Source: an uncultured Planctomycetia bacterium (GTDB lineage Bacteria > Omnitrophota > Gorgyraeia > Tantalellales > Tantalellaceae). Taken from it: a DNA stretch of 64,000 nucleotides. The DNA lies in assembly GCA_964482475.1 (NCBI GenBank), contig CAYZXR010000001.1, forward strand, positions 37,997 through 101,996, read 5' to 3'. Below, piece after piece: positions 24,001-39,000 of this stretch; the first letter of the stretch is position 1; every line of letters begins with the position of its first letter. The position numbers and the translations under genes were made by a program. Under the pieces are notes generated by a model. The model was given only the letters and a program-made list of their open reading frames with translations. It searched no databases and was not told the DNA's origin.

Positions 24001-27000
24001 TGCGCGATCGTCATTTGTTCTATATTACCGCTTACTATATTAGCGTAATTTTCTATCATCGCGGACAATTCAACAGATCTCGTTTCCGCGTTCTGGATCG
24101 CTGAAAAAGTTATATTCAACCCTTCAATATAGACAACCGCATCAGCGATAACTTCCTGAGCAGCATCATTAAAAATGACCAGTTCGGGATTATCTGTCAC
24201 TAGTTCGGTAAGAGCATCGGCCGAATCATCAGCCAACATGACAAGCTTAACGGACAAAGCTACTAAGTCTTCAGCTGTAGCGCTATTATGTTCTTTATCC
24301 AGCCCTTCAGAAAACATCTTCGCAAGAGTAACATATTGAGTTATCGCGCTTACAGTCAGGTCATTATGATCATCCGGAACATCAAACTCAACTGTTGAAG
24401 ATCTTTCCGTTATATACGAAACACCGTTCTCGGACGTAATCCTGAGCGATTCGCCCCATGCTTTATCTGAATTACTCCCGACTAGATTGTTCATCTGCGT
24501 TTCATAATTTGAAGCATCCAAAACCAAAGAGTCTATAAGATTCTTGAGAGCTATCCTTTCTTCTTCACTTATAGATAAATCAAATGCTTTAATGGCCAGA
24601 TCCAGCACCCTGTCTAATTCATCGATATTATCAAGTATCTCCGCGGCTTCGTTATTGAAAAGATATGACTCATTAAGCCTGTTTTCTATTAACGCGACAG
24701 CAGCCGTCACCTGTGTCAATTCATCTAAAATAGTCAAAGCATCCGACGTGCCCGCGCTTAAAGCGCTATTGTAAACCTCTTCTACCAATTCCTTGGCTTC
24801 TTGGGCAAGATACAGCATAAGCTCTATCTCATCAATTGATAACACGGTCAAAGATTTCGCTTGCATCCCTTCAGCTATTAATCTGTTCTGTTCAACCAGT
24901 TCCAGCGGGGTCATCTCGATCGTTCCCGGTTCAAGTTCATCGACTAACTGATTCGCAATTTCCAAAGAAACGTTCAACCTTGCCAGCTCATTATTAAGTG
25001 CGCCTATGAGTTCCTGAGCTTCAGACGGGCTTGCCATCATCATGCTCATCCTCAGCACTATATCCGCCAACATCTCTACTTCCCCAACCATATTCTGTAT
25101 CGCACTTTCATCCGCAGCCGCTTCACGCCATTCTAAAACTCCTTCACCCCTAAGTAGCGTCATTTCCTCTGCTATGGCGGCGGCATTATTAGCGTACGAT
25201 ACGGACAATTCCACCGGATTTGTTCCCCATATCTGGAACAATGCCTCAATATCCGCCGCGTCTACCATACCATCTGTGTTAATATCATATGACGTCAGAG
25301 ACCCAATAGACTCTTGCAGAATACTCGCATCAATACTTGTCAATTTTGAGTCTTTATCAAGATCCGCAGCCACAACATCTTCAGCACTTATGTCAAATTC
25401 CGAAGCTTCCACTATCCGATTCAGAGTGATAACATCTGACTGGTCAATCATATTGTCCTTATTGATATCGATACGATTATCCATCGCGTTTTGTAACGAT
25501 ACTTTATCATCGTTGTCTATAATTCCATCGCCGTTGATATCCGCATCGCCTGTCCAACTGGTATACAAGTTCTTCCTGTAATAAGTATCTAACCTCGCGA
25601 CATCCTGGGCATTCAACTGTCCGTCTCCGTTAATATCTTTACCGCCATAGGCGTTTTCAACATACAGAAGTTTATCTTTGTTATCCACCATGCCGTCATT
25701 ATTTATATCAGCTTTTTCAACATCTGCTATACTGACACCGGCCTCTTCCTGCATTATCACCGTTCTTTCGACTTTAGCGACATCGTATTCTGTAAAAACA
25801 CCGTCACCATCCACATCCTTTATACCCGCAAGCGCGCCTTCCAGAATGTCCGCGTCTTCATCGCTGATCTGTCCGTCATCATTGATGTCTGATAATATGA
25901 TATCGGCTTCAGTATACTTATGACCAAGTCTCTGATACAACATCGCGTCTTCTAAGACAGCGATATCCAATCCATCAACCACACCGTCAGACACGCCATC
26001 CGCACCACTTACGTCGGATATTGAGTAATTATTGTAAGCATTTCTTAACGCCTCAAGATCACTTACATCAACCATTCCGTCGTTATTGACATCCAAAAGC
26101 TCGTCATTTTCTGTTTCTTCTTTCGTAACATCCAAATTATTAAATTCAATTATATCACTGAATCTTACAATATCATCTATGTCCAACTCTCCGTCACCAG
26201 TCACATCGGCGATAGAAGCCTCCTCCAGCATCCATTCAAGTTTCTGTTTATCTGAAATGGTAACCTCTTCGTCACGATCTATGTCAGCCGCCCTGATCTC
26301 ACCCGGCATCGGCATATCTGATTCATAGATATAATCGATCATATTTGTAAGAGTTTCGATATCCGCGGAATCCACATAATCATCAGCATTCATGTTAAAG
26401 AGATTAGCCTCCATATCAATGGTATGATAATATAAATCTTCATACGCATTATTATCTAAGTCGTTCACAATACCGTCTTTATTGATATCCGCGAACTCTT
26501 TCTCCTGTTCGGTAACCTCGTACGCAATAGATTCCCGTATATCTGAAAGCCGATTTATATCCGCCTCGTCTACACTACCGTCATCGTTAACATCGAACAT
26601 CTTGCGCTTATCAACCATCGTTTTATATATCTCGTAATCATTTTCAGTAAATTCACCGTCACCATCAATGTTCCCAGCTGTTGTCAAATCTTCCAATGAT
26701 ATTGAGTAACCCAGGTTATAAAAATCGATGATCTGCTGCATCGCTTCGACATCTTCTTCATTCGCTTTCTTGTCACTATTGAAATCAACTTTGTGCATAC
26801 TTCTTAACAAGTTAGACACATAATCATAATCAGTATAATCAACCTGCCCGTCATCATTTGTATCTGCTTGCATTATCGCTTCGGCATCTACATCCAGTTC
26901 TTTATCCCTAAGAATATCAATTACCCTGTCCACATCGCTGCGTCCTACCACACCATCACCGTCAACGTCTCTACCTTCCAACGCACTAATCGCGTTCTCC

Positions 27001-30000
27001 ACGCTTGTCCAGTCCGTCTCATCGACAACACCGTCACTATTGATATCTGCCTTGCTATAATCCGCAAGCTGCATCACGTCACCCTTCCTGATCCCCTGCA
27101 GAATATCATTCATAAGAGAAATATCTTCTTGATTGACCAGATCATCATCCGTAATGTCGGTTTCATCCACAAACGCCAAAGCCTGGCTTAAGGCGACCGC
27201 ATCCAGATCATCAATAACCCCGTCCTCATTGATATCCGGTCTGCCACCATCGGCTATCTTGACCTCCGAAATACTATAAATCGTCCCTTCAAGCTCAACT
27301 CTTCCTGTTTCTGTATCGGAAATATACAAGTTGCCATCCGCGTCAATAAAAGTACAGGTCCCGTCATCGTTCATCTTATAGCTATACTCCACGCCCTGCA
27401 CATCAAGAACACCGTCGTATACATGTTCACTTAATTCGTCATATTCCTCAACGATACTAATACTACCTGTGTAGATATCTTTCGTTATGTTATATACCCT
27501 GCCTTCTATGTTAATCTTGTCTATATCAGCATCCGTTGTGTACGCTCTATATCCATCATCCAGCGTATATGTACCGTCATAATTATCAAGCACCTCATAA
27601 AGCACCCCATTAAGATCAACCAGTTGTTCCATTATCGTAACACTTGTCAAATGGCGCTCCTCCAACTCATAATGTCCGGTCAAAGCGTCATATGAAATAT
27701 GAAAAATACCACCGTTCCATTCTATCTCATTTGTCACAAGATTACTTACAGAGCCTCCCAGACTAAAAGTACCATCATCATTCTGTCCTATGCCAATTCC
27801 ATTTTTATCAGATGGATTAAACTTGATAACTTCACGCCCTGAAGCATAGTCAAATCTTGACTCAGCGTAACGGTATTGTTCAACTAAAATGATCTTTCCC
27901 GTTGCATAGTCAGTCTCTATATCATACGTTCTACTTCCCAATATAACCGTTCGATTTATCTCACTTAGGATTTCCCCTCCACTATATGCCGCAAACAGAT
28001 ACACACCATCCGGATTCGCTAGAACATCATAGATTTCATCGTCTACCTCTATAGTCTGATCAGCGACTAAATAGCTCTCAACATGTGATTCAACTAGCTT
28101 AATATCTCCAGTTATTTGATCAATCACGATATCATACACAGTTCCCGCAACATTAACTTTCGTCGCACCTTTGCGCGTTGTATACTCATCTTCTTCGCCC
28201 TCAAAAGTATACGAACCATTTTTATGGTTTTTAACCCTGTAAAATTCACCATTCAGAGATATCACCTGGTCATATACCATCCGGGCCATATCAGCAATCT
28301 TTTTAAGAGTTACATTCCCGGAATTGTTAACGCTGATATCGTATTGCTCATTTCCGATTGTAACAACTCCATCATACGTGCTTACATACTGTTCTTCGTC
28401 CAACACGAAAGTATATGTTTCATCCTCGTTGTTTACAACATCCACTGTCAGGCCTTCAAGATCGATCAACTGATCTGCCAAATGCTCACTTGTCAGATAC
28501 GCGCCTTCTCGTTTTTCCAAAATCACATCGCCGTTGTGTTCTATCGTCAGATCATATATTTCTTCGTTAATCTCAACTATATTCAGCCCGGGATAACTAA
28601 TATAGGTATGTTGTCCGTCATCAAAAATATATTGACCATTACCCAAATCATTTACCGCGTAACGAATACCATCTAAGACAATAACTTCATCCGCGACAAA
28701 AGAGCTTGTTGTACTACCCGCTTCAACCAGTTCTAATTCTATTCCATTGATTACACCTAAAGCCATATCCGCCAGGACATCTGTGATCCTGGATACATCT
28801 TCCGAATTAACTTGTCCATCACCGTTTATATCAACTTGTCCGCTAATCGTGTTCGACAACAGCCTCATATCCTGATCGTTCACAACACCGTCATCGTTTA
28901 TATCCGCTTTGTTCAAAGTCCCGGGCTGCAATTGATCTAATTGTTCCATGCTACTCATTGCTCCCTGCAACTGAACCAAATCATCGACATCATATACACC
29001 ATCGGCGTTAAAGTCGCTTGTATCGACAAGAGGATAATCCCTGATCGCTTCACGGAGTCTGGCAGTATCTTCGGTTGTCACTGACCCGCTTCTGTCAATA
29101 TCCGCGCGCCTAACCATATCCTCAGAGACTCCTAGAGCCATAGCTTCCGCAATTTCCTCCATACGCTGTACATCCTGCTCGTCAAAAACACCACTTAGAT
29201 CAACATCCAGATCCTGGCTCAGTATTTCCTGTAAATCATCAGCATCGGTTTGATCTAGAACGCCATTATGGTTAACATCGGCGCTTTCAACCACGTTCGG
29301 CTGTAGCACCGGAGCCACCAGCTCGCCGTTATTGACGTTATCGTCGGTATCGTCGTAGTAAACCATCTCGTTCGGATCATACAACTTGTTATAAATATCC
29401 ATGAAAATATCATAATCTTCTCTTTCCGTCTGACCACTTCCATCAATATCATACTTATTACGCACAATATCATAGAGATCATTGGCATCCGAAAAATTTA
29501 CCGACCCATCTTTATTCACATCCGCTATTGCTTCCCAATCATTAATATTGTCAGTTGTGATCTTTGCTCCTCCTCCAAGAGGATCTTCATACCACATTGT
29601 CTTTTGGATGCTTTGAATATCAATGCTGTCAACTCTGTCATCACCGTTAACATCTTTATAGTTTCCGCTTATTTCCTCAAATAGTTCGATATCATTTTTA
29701 TTTAAGATCCCATCCTTATTAAGATCAGCTTTTTTTACGACTTTCGGCTGCTGCAATTGTCTTTTATATACATCCGACAAAGCATATGTCGTACCTTTGA
29801 TATCAACACTATCTTCACCTGTCTCTTCGTCGTAATAGCTATAATAAGTGTTTATCTTGTCCTTGAACCTATATGTACCATCTTCTTCATCTCTTGTGAC
29901 CCTATAGTTAGTGCCCTCGATTACAACCGTGTGTTCATCATCCGTTCTTTCGGTATCCGGTCTTTCGACTAAAGTTACTTTGCCTGTTTCAATGTTAGTT

Positions 30001-33000
30001 GCGATCTCATACAAAACCTCATCCAGCGCAACTAACTCAACATTCAACCCGTCTTCAAGCGCAAAATAGCTTCTTTCATATAAACCTTCTTTTGTCTTAA
30101 AATTATGCGTGCCATCGTCCATGTGTGTAACCTGATAGTCCACTCCCATAGCCCTAATTGACTCATCCGCTGTTTTCGTACTAACAATGATCGGACTGTC
30201 TATTACGGCATTGCCCTCATCACCTATAGTGATTTCCAGAACCATACCCTTAATATTAAGCAACATTTTCTCATCTTCCAGATAGCTAAGGTATTCGTTC
30301 GTCCCGTCATTAAACGAATAGATACCGTCAGAAATGGTTGTCACTATGTATATAGTGTTATCTATCTCAAGCGTCTGGTTATCAACTGTCTGGCTGCTTA
30401 ATGGAAGGACTCTTTTAAGAATAACAGCCGAATCAATCTCAGAAATAGCGTACTTGACACCTTCAAGATCAACATAATGCGTTAAGCCTTCTTCATAGCT
30501 GTCAGCCGACATCACTCCGTTAAATATCCTGTATCCTTCGTCCTGTATAGAAACATTGTAGTCAATACCATCCAATCTTATCACGGTATCCGCGGCTTTC
30601 ACACTTGAAGAATCCACTGATTCCAAACTCAATGTTCCATCAGCGTCTTCAATCACTGTTAAAGTTACTTCATCAATCGTTACCTGACTTTGATCATTGC
30701 TATCAGCGAATATCTCTCTCTCGATAGCTATATCACCCGAAACTTGATCAAGATCAATACTGTATTCCTTATCGCGAATATTGACCTCATTGTTTTCATT
30801 TAAATAATAAAACGTTTTTTCAACAAACTGACCGAATTTTATACTGCCTATCTGCAAAGGACAGTTGCTATCGCTATTCGTCCAAACCAGTTTAACTTCA
30901 TTCGTTCCTGACCCCAGATCAATGTCAAGCATGCCCGTAACAAACTCCCCACCATTCACCGGAACTTCGATCGTTCCTTGCTGTTCACCATTGACATATA
31001 CGGCAAAATTGTATTTGTAAGTAGAATTATCTCCGTAATGATATCCGTCATAATAATAGGAGCTGACCGGTTCCAGAACCTGCCTTGTATCAACGACAAG
31101 ACTATGTAACCCCGCTTTGTCCACATCTAACATATACGTTAAATACGCGCCTGAGCCCGCAGTATTAAGCATATTGTCCGAGATCGTCCAATCCGAACTT
31201 CTGTCAACAGTATCCACAACATCCTGTTCTTCAAAAACCTTTTCCATATCCAACGGACTTCCTGAAGCAACCTGTATTCCATAACACCCGATTTCGTCCT
31301 GAACCCATTCAAAAGTGTAATCATCAATCTCAATCGTATTATCTCCGACATTTACACCTTCCTCCGTTTTACTTACCTTGTATGTTCCATCACCGTTATT
31401 CAAAATGTCATATTCCTGACCATCTACTGACACCTTCTGATCATACGTCTCAAAGCTTCCAAGATCCGGCTGACTCAAAATAACTTTATCACTCACAATA
31501 TCTTTTTTAATATCGAATGTAACCCCTTCAATGTCTATCTGTCCTGTATCCTTATTGCTAGTATAAACATCAGTATCCTTATCCATAACATTGAACGCAT
31601 ATAAACCATCGGAATCTGTAATCAGATTGAATATTTTTCCATCAAATTCAAAAGAAGCGCCTTGTGTAAACTGAGATTTTTGTGTTGTAAATATCGTGTA
31701 ATCTTCTTCGTTGATCCTAAAATCAGCATTAAAATCCACCGGATCATCGCATGCTTCTATAAATATACTTTCCACTAAAAGGCCTTCATCAAGCGAAGGT
31801 TCATCCATGCTTTCAAACTTTAATATGTGCCAGCCCGCTTCCAAATAAACATATTCTTCGGCTAACTCGAGTTCATTGATATTCCTCAACACTTCAAGTT
31901 CCGTGGTTTTCTCGCCGTCAACATAGATCATAAAAGAAGAATATTCCGGTTCCGGCGAATCCTTGACGCCCCAATACTCTACCCATTCATCGGATGAACC
32001 TGTTTCCTTAACACCTATATGTTCTATTTCAATGTTACCGTAGTTTACACCGCTATCAATCACCGGATAGAAACAGAAATTACGGATCGTCCCGGACCAA
32101 TTCGCGTTGTCCGCCATGTCGATATAATAAGTATGATATTCCCCGTCAGGTATGATGAGAAAATCTTGATACCCGGCTCCGGAACTGCTGTCCCAATACA
32201 ACCGCGCGGTGGTACCCGAATCGGCTTTATATTTAATTTCAGCGTATTTATTGGTGTCTGCGTTAACATCAATCGAATACGGACTGGCGAAACGCGGACT
32301 CGTACCCGTAATCTGGGCTGATATAGCTCCTTCCGGAGTATAGGTAAACGAACTCAGGCCGTAATATGATGACGCGTACCATGGTTCATCATATGTGCCA
32401 CCGGACCAGTTCACTCTATATTCATAAACCGTATCATTCTTAGCCGACAGTCCAACTTTATGATACCCTGATTCTTCAATGTTCACTTCATAAGTGATCG
32501 GCAAATATTCTCCATACCCATACATGTCGTAGCCCGATCCTAACGTGCTCACTTCAGCACGGTGCAAAACATCGCCGTCCTTTACCCACTCATGGTAGCT
32601 TTCATCCCAATAATAGTCTTCATGATAATAGTCTTCATCAATTGCTCTTGAAGACCAGAGATCCGCGGCATTTATCTCTATCCTCTGCTGGCTAATGGCA
32701 TTCCGAACTATAGCGTCATCATCGTCTCCCACTATGCCATTATTATTCAGATCAATCTCTAACTTCTTAACCAACTCAACTCTTCCATCCGTTTCGTCCT
32801 CAAGCACCAAATAAACCACATCATCGATCTCAACATTATCAACAGGAATCTTATCTTCCTCAACAATAACAAAATTATCTATTCCCCATGATGCTCCCGT
32901 TGCCCCTTCATTAAGTGTTGATCCGAATTCTAACACTAATTCATCTGTACTGTTTGTAACTAGAATGGGTATTTCTACATGTTGTACAAAATCATTATAA

Positions 33001-36000
33001 TTACTGCGGGTTCCTTCCAGATTGGATGTACCCTGGCTATACGTGTGTACCTGGCTCCAAACTTCCACCCCGTTAACTTCTAGATATCCTTTTTCTCCAG
33101 CATCCCAACCATCAATAAAATAATAATCAAAACTTATTGTTGCTTTGCCATATTCAGAAGTCTGATTAAAAGTCTTTTTAGCAACAACATTTTGTCCAAA
33201 ATTGCCATATCCACCCAGGATAGTCTCTCCACCGGCCACAGTTGTTTCTGTTCTGGTCCAATCAGCTACCGTTCCATTGAAATTTTCACTATACTTGACC
33301 GGTAAATATGGCGTATATCTACTTCCTTCAGAATCAAGCGCATAGTACTCATCATCAAGCCTCTGTCCCACATAATAAACAGTGCCATCAAGGTTGACTT
33401 TCTCTAATTCTGATGTATCCATATATTGCGTATGGAACATATCTAGGTCTGCTTCATTAACAACTGAATCATTGTTCAAGTCAGATTTTCTTTCGTACGT
33501 ACCGGAGGTTATCGCGGCCAGAATAATATTTTCATCCTCTATGTCTATCTGTCCGTCCTCATTTACATCCGCCGTTAGATATTCGACCAATGAAACACTA
33601 CCCGTTTCGTTTCTCTGGACCAGATAAACCGTACCATCGATCTCAACATTGTCGGCTGTACCCTTGCCTTCCGCGGCAATAAAGAAATTATCCAATCCCC
33701 ATGACTCATTTGTCGCGCCTTCGTTGACTGTTGATCCAAATTCTAATACCAATTCATCTGCATAATTCGGCACAGTGATCTCTACATGCTGCACAAGGTC
33801 GTTATAGGACCACGTACCGGACAAATTAGACGGACCCTGACTATATGTGTATGTCTGGCTCCAAACTTCCTCACCGTTAATTTCCAGATAACCTTTTTCA
33901 CCATCCCAGGAATCAAGAAAATAGTAATCAAAGCTTATCGTAACTTCATCATATTCGGAAAACTGGTCAAAGATTTTTTCGTCCGTCACGTCCTTGCCAA
34001 ATTGACCATATCCGCCCAGAATAGTCTCTCCACCTGCCACAGTTGTCTCTGTTCTTGTCCACCCGGACACATCATCGTTGAAATTTTCAGAATCTTCTAC
34101 ATATGGCAAGTGTGGCGTATACCTATTGTCTTCAAAATCAAGCGCATAATACTCACCATCAAGCCTCTGTCCTACATAATAATCAGTACCGGCAAGATCG
34201 ACTTTCTCTAATGCTGATGTATCCATGTATTGCATATGGAACATATCTAGGTCTGCTTCATTGACAACTGAATCATTGTTCAAGTCAGATTTTCTTTCAT
34301 ACGTACCGGCGGTTATCACGGCCAGAATAATATTTTCGTCCTCTATGTCTGTCTGCCCGTCCTCATTGACGTCCGACACTAGGTGTTCGACCAATGAGAC
34401 ACTTCCCATCTCATTTTCCTGAACCAGATAGATACTACCATCGATCTCAACGTTATCAGCGTTAACGAAACCTTTCGCCTCAAAAACCAGATTATCCATT
34501 CCCCAAGATTCGTCCGTCGCCCCCTGATTAAGTGTCGACCCGAATGTTAATGTCAACTCATCCGCCGTGGCCTTGGACATAGTCAGCTCTACATGCTGTA
34601 TAAGGTCATTCCAGCCACCCGTGCCGGACAAGTTGGTCGGGCTCTGACCACATGAATGCGCCTGACTCCAGACCTCTTCACCGTTAATCTTTAAATATCC
34701 CGCTTCTCCATCCCAAGAATCAATAAAATAATAGTCAAAACTTATCGTCACTTCCTCGTATTCGGAGAGCTGGTCAAAGGTTTTTTCGGCTATAGCACCT
34801 GAACCGAATCTGTTGTACCCACCTAAAATGGTCTCTCCACCAACCACGGACGTTTCCGTTCTGGTCCAACCGTCAATTGTCCCATCAAAATCATCAATGT
34901 TCCATATCCCGGGTGCACTTGGTATATACTCATTCCCCTCTCTATCAAACGCGTAGTATTCACCGTCGATACGCTTCCCTATATAATAAGAACTACCGGC
35001 AAGATCAACCTGGTTCAATGCTGAAGTATCCGTATATTGCATATGAAAAATATTCAGATCATCATCATTAACAAAACCGTCGGTGTTTATATCCGCAGCT
35101 TCATTGTATATTTCCAGAGCTGATGTCATGATACCCGCGTCCGTCTCATCGACCTGTCCATCTCCATTAAGATCACTTCTTAAAACCTCTGACAATGAAA
35201 TCGTTCCGAGAGACTCATCAACGGCATATGCCCTACCGTCTATTTCGACTATTTGACCCGTTGAAGTACCTGTTGCTTCATTATTCCGTAATGTGTATTC
35301 ACCGGAAACATCATCATAAATAAGTGCATACTGAACGCCATTAGCAGTCACGCTATTGTCTGTCAAATGTTCGGAGAAAATGGTAAAATCAACATTTTCT
35401 GGAGTATCTCCCGCGACATAGTATCTCCTATCATTAATCTCCAGATAACCTTCCGCATCCGGTTTAATGGTGTCTATACCGTCATTGAAATCGAATGACC
35501 CGGAACCATCCGCAACTACGGTTAGCAGGTCGTTACCGGCAGATATTATTTCTTCCGTAACCTCCGTTGCTGCTTTATTGGACAACAGCTGCAAAGGTTC
35601 CAGTCCAGCTTCGACATTAGCTATCTGATATTTCTCTCCGCCAATATCAACATACCATTCCCCGTTTTCCTGATAGGGATCGTACGATTGTCCCGAATTC
35701 TGCGAATAGAACTGATACCAGTAAATACTTCCATTATACTCCTCAAAATTCCAGGAGAACGTCTCTCCATTAACTATAAGGGTGCCTCCCTTATAATAAC
35801 CATCACCCCAGTCATCGTTCCACGATATCTGTTCGTTCTCAGAAACTCTGACAAGTCTTGTAATAATCTCAAGATTTTCCAAATTATCGCCTACAATATC
35901 GCAAATAGCACCGTCAGTGAATTCGACAGCATTAGTCTCAGGATTGCTTCTAAATTCGTTCAGACCATCAGAAAACACATAAACTACAACACCGCCTACC

Positions 36001-39000
36001 TCTTCCATTGTTATCATGTACATCTCATCGGAAACGGCTATAACCCTGTCAGCTACGTGGGTAATAGTTGTTCCCGGCTGGCTTACTACAGCAATATCGG
36101 CAGCTGTTGTTCCGTTTATACCATAAACCGTATCTCCTATTTGGACTGACTCGCCACTAACACATGTGTAAATATCCCCAGTATTTGTATTTTCAACAGA
36201 ATATACACTAGTCGCATCATCATGATTTATCGTGTAATAAACACCGTCAAGAGCTATCCAAGTCTGTTCGCCCACCGTATAAGTAACCGGTTTTTGTGTT
36301 AAAATAATATTGCCTGATTCATTTTCAACAATATCGTACGTAACCATATCGATAAATACTGTGTTACCCTCGATACTTGTAATAGTTGAATTATCAAAGG
36401 CGGTAAACACATAAACCCCTTCCTCCGTTTTTTTAACGTCATAAATCTTATTGCCTACTTTAAGAGCTTTTACATCGCTGATCGTACTGATTACCGGAGC
36501 CTCCGCGAGAATGACCTCGCCTGTTTCGGCTACTTGATCGATCAGATATTTTGTCCCTTCAATAACAACTTCGGAAGCGTTTACACTTGTATAACTAACA
36601 TCGCCGTTAGTAAAACCAAGCTCGCCTCCGTCCTCCGCGATATCATAGACTTTATTCCCTACTTTAACCGCTTGCGTATCGTTAACTGTGCTTAATATCG
36701 GCGCCTCCGCGAGAATGACCTCGCCGGTCGCCGCTACTTTCTCAATTTGATATTTTGTTTCACCAATAAAAACATACGTAGAATCTACACTCGTATAGCT
36801 CGCGTCAACACCAATAAAAACTAACTCATCGCCCTGTTCTACAACATCGTAAACACCACCCGCTACCACTATCGCGTCAACACCAATATATTCACTCTTT
36901 ATTGGCCTTTCAGATATCAAACTTACTTCAAGTGTTTCAGGATTCTGATAGATATAATACGTTTTATCTCCGACCACTATCGTACCCTCTTCAGTACTTT
37001 GAACTTCATAGTAATTGGACCCCAGCGTATAGGTGCCATCATCGTTAACAAAAACCATGTAATTTGTTCCGTCAATCAGGACCATCTGGCTATTAACTGA
37101 TTGAATACCTGCGGCTAATTCCATTAAACTGACGATATCCCCATCAATGGTAATACTGTATTCCACGCCACGTAACTTCACAGTACCGGTTGTACTATCA
37201 CTTTCATAATCGTTTGTCCCATCTGACAAGATTAAAGTCTTTGCTCCCTGGTCATCAAAAGCAACCGTATAGCTATATACTCTGCTATTTAAAAGCATCG
37301 TATTTTCGAGTACCGGTAAACTTGCTATCGGAATTTCATCCAACGTTAATTCATTCTTACTAGGATCAGCGGAAATTCTGTAATACGCCCCCTGTAACAA
37401 TATCCTCTCGGCATCGACATCTATGAAATACTTGTGAGTATCATGTGATAACGTGAAGGTATTATCATCATTCTTGATAGCGTTGTAGGTGATACCCGCT
37501 ACCTCTATAGCCATATCGTACACCATTTCACTCGCTATTTCGACTGCCGCGAGTGTAACGGTATCACCACTAGTTACATTAACCTGATATTTTACTCCGG
37601 CCAGGTCCACAGTCATATCGGCGTCGCTTACATGGTAGTTTTCTCCGTCATCAAAAGCAAAAATATATCCATCACCCTCAATCTTTTTGTAGCTATAATT
37701 TCTTTCATCCACCTTAATAAGCGCATTATCAATATTCTCACTTGAGATAACTTGTTTATTTTCGGCTTTTTCTTCATCAAAGATAGCGAGGTCTTTGTCA
37801 TCGATTACAAAGTCACCATTTATATCCGCCATGTTGACTTTATGATCTGCAACAAATACATCTTTTACCTGCACGCTCAAAGAACCATATTGATCTATTT
37901 CGTTGTAAATACTTGAAATATCCCAACTGATCTTTATTTCATGTTCCCCTTCTGTCAAGTAAAGCTGGCTAAATCCCTCGTTATACTCTTCTTCGGCTTT
38001 AACGCTGAATTTACCGGAATATATACCATCGACCCAGACCTTGAAATCGTAGGAATAATCCAAGAAAACTTTATCATCACTGGCATCATAATAATCTTTC
38101 GGGCTGTCTATGTCTTTATATGCTTTCGCAAATAGACCCACATCAAACACACTTGATGAATCAACATCAACTTTATAGTTCATCTCGTTGATAGAGTATT
38201 TATCGGTTCCGTCAAAGATCGTTTCCTTATCATAATTATTATAATTCTCCATCATTACCGGATCTTCCGAACGCGTCATGTAAGGATCGTAATAATCATC
38301 AGATTCCGAAACTTCAACATAGTCATTTACATTTGCGTAAAGTGTGTCACCGTCTGAATAGAAGCCATATGTGTCTTTGGCGCTTACATACTGACCAAAC
38401 CCATCGTTAATTTTATACCGATGTTCAGAATCGTCCTCATCAACAGTAACTGAATAGAATCTTCCATCGATCTCAAGCTTCTGAACTTCATATGATTTAA
38501 GGCCTTTTTCCTGAAGCGTAATAATATCATTTTCGTCTTGTTCCATATTGTAAATAACTCCGTCAAGACCGATTGTCGAAGTTGCCGGATCGCTATAATA
38601 AATGCTTTCACCGTCAGTGAAATAATATACATTTGCTTCTGGGTCTTCCCCATATTTGTAATAAACTAGACTAGTTCCGTTAACAAAAATCTCTATTGGA
38701 TCATCACTTACCGGTGACCCCGCCATTACAGCAAACTCTTCACCGGCAACTTCAATTATGTCAGCCGTTTTACTTGACGCATACGCTTCAGAAATTACCA
38801 CATCCGCGTTGTCCGGACCGGTCGCCGTTATGAAATACTTTTGGCCCTCTATTTCTATCTCGGATCTATAAAGCGCAAAAGCACCAATTCCGACATTTCT
38901 TCCATCACGATCTCTCGGATAATAGAGCATACTTTTTAACGATGTATATGTATCTGTACCGTCCGTTAGCGTATAGTATTTTACATCGTGCTGTTTTTGC

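Noticed and set aside
32610-32638. 14-bp direct repeat ataatagtcttcat
   Set aside because: It is a small in-frame duplication (EDYY twice) with no sign of a regulatory or insertion site.
32780-35200. Diversity-generating retroelement TR/VR pair or IS-related repeats
   Set aside because: The copies are in-frame tandem domains whose differences are not limited to adenines, and no reverse transcriptase or transposase is present in the window.
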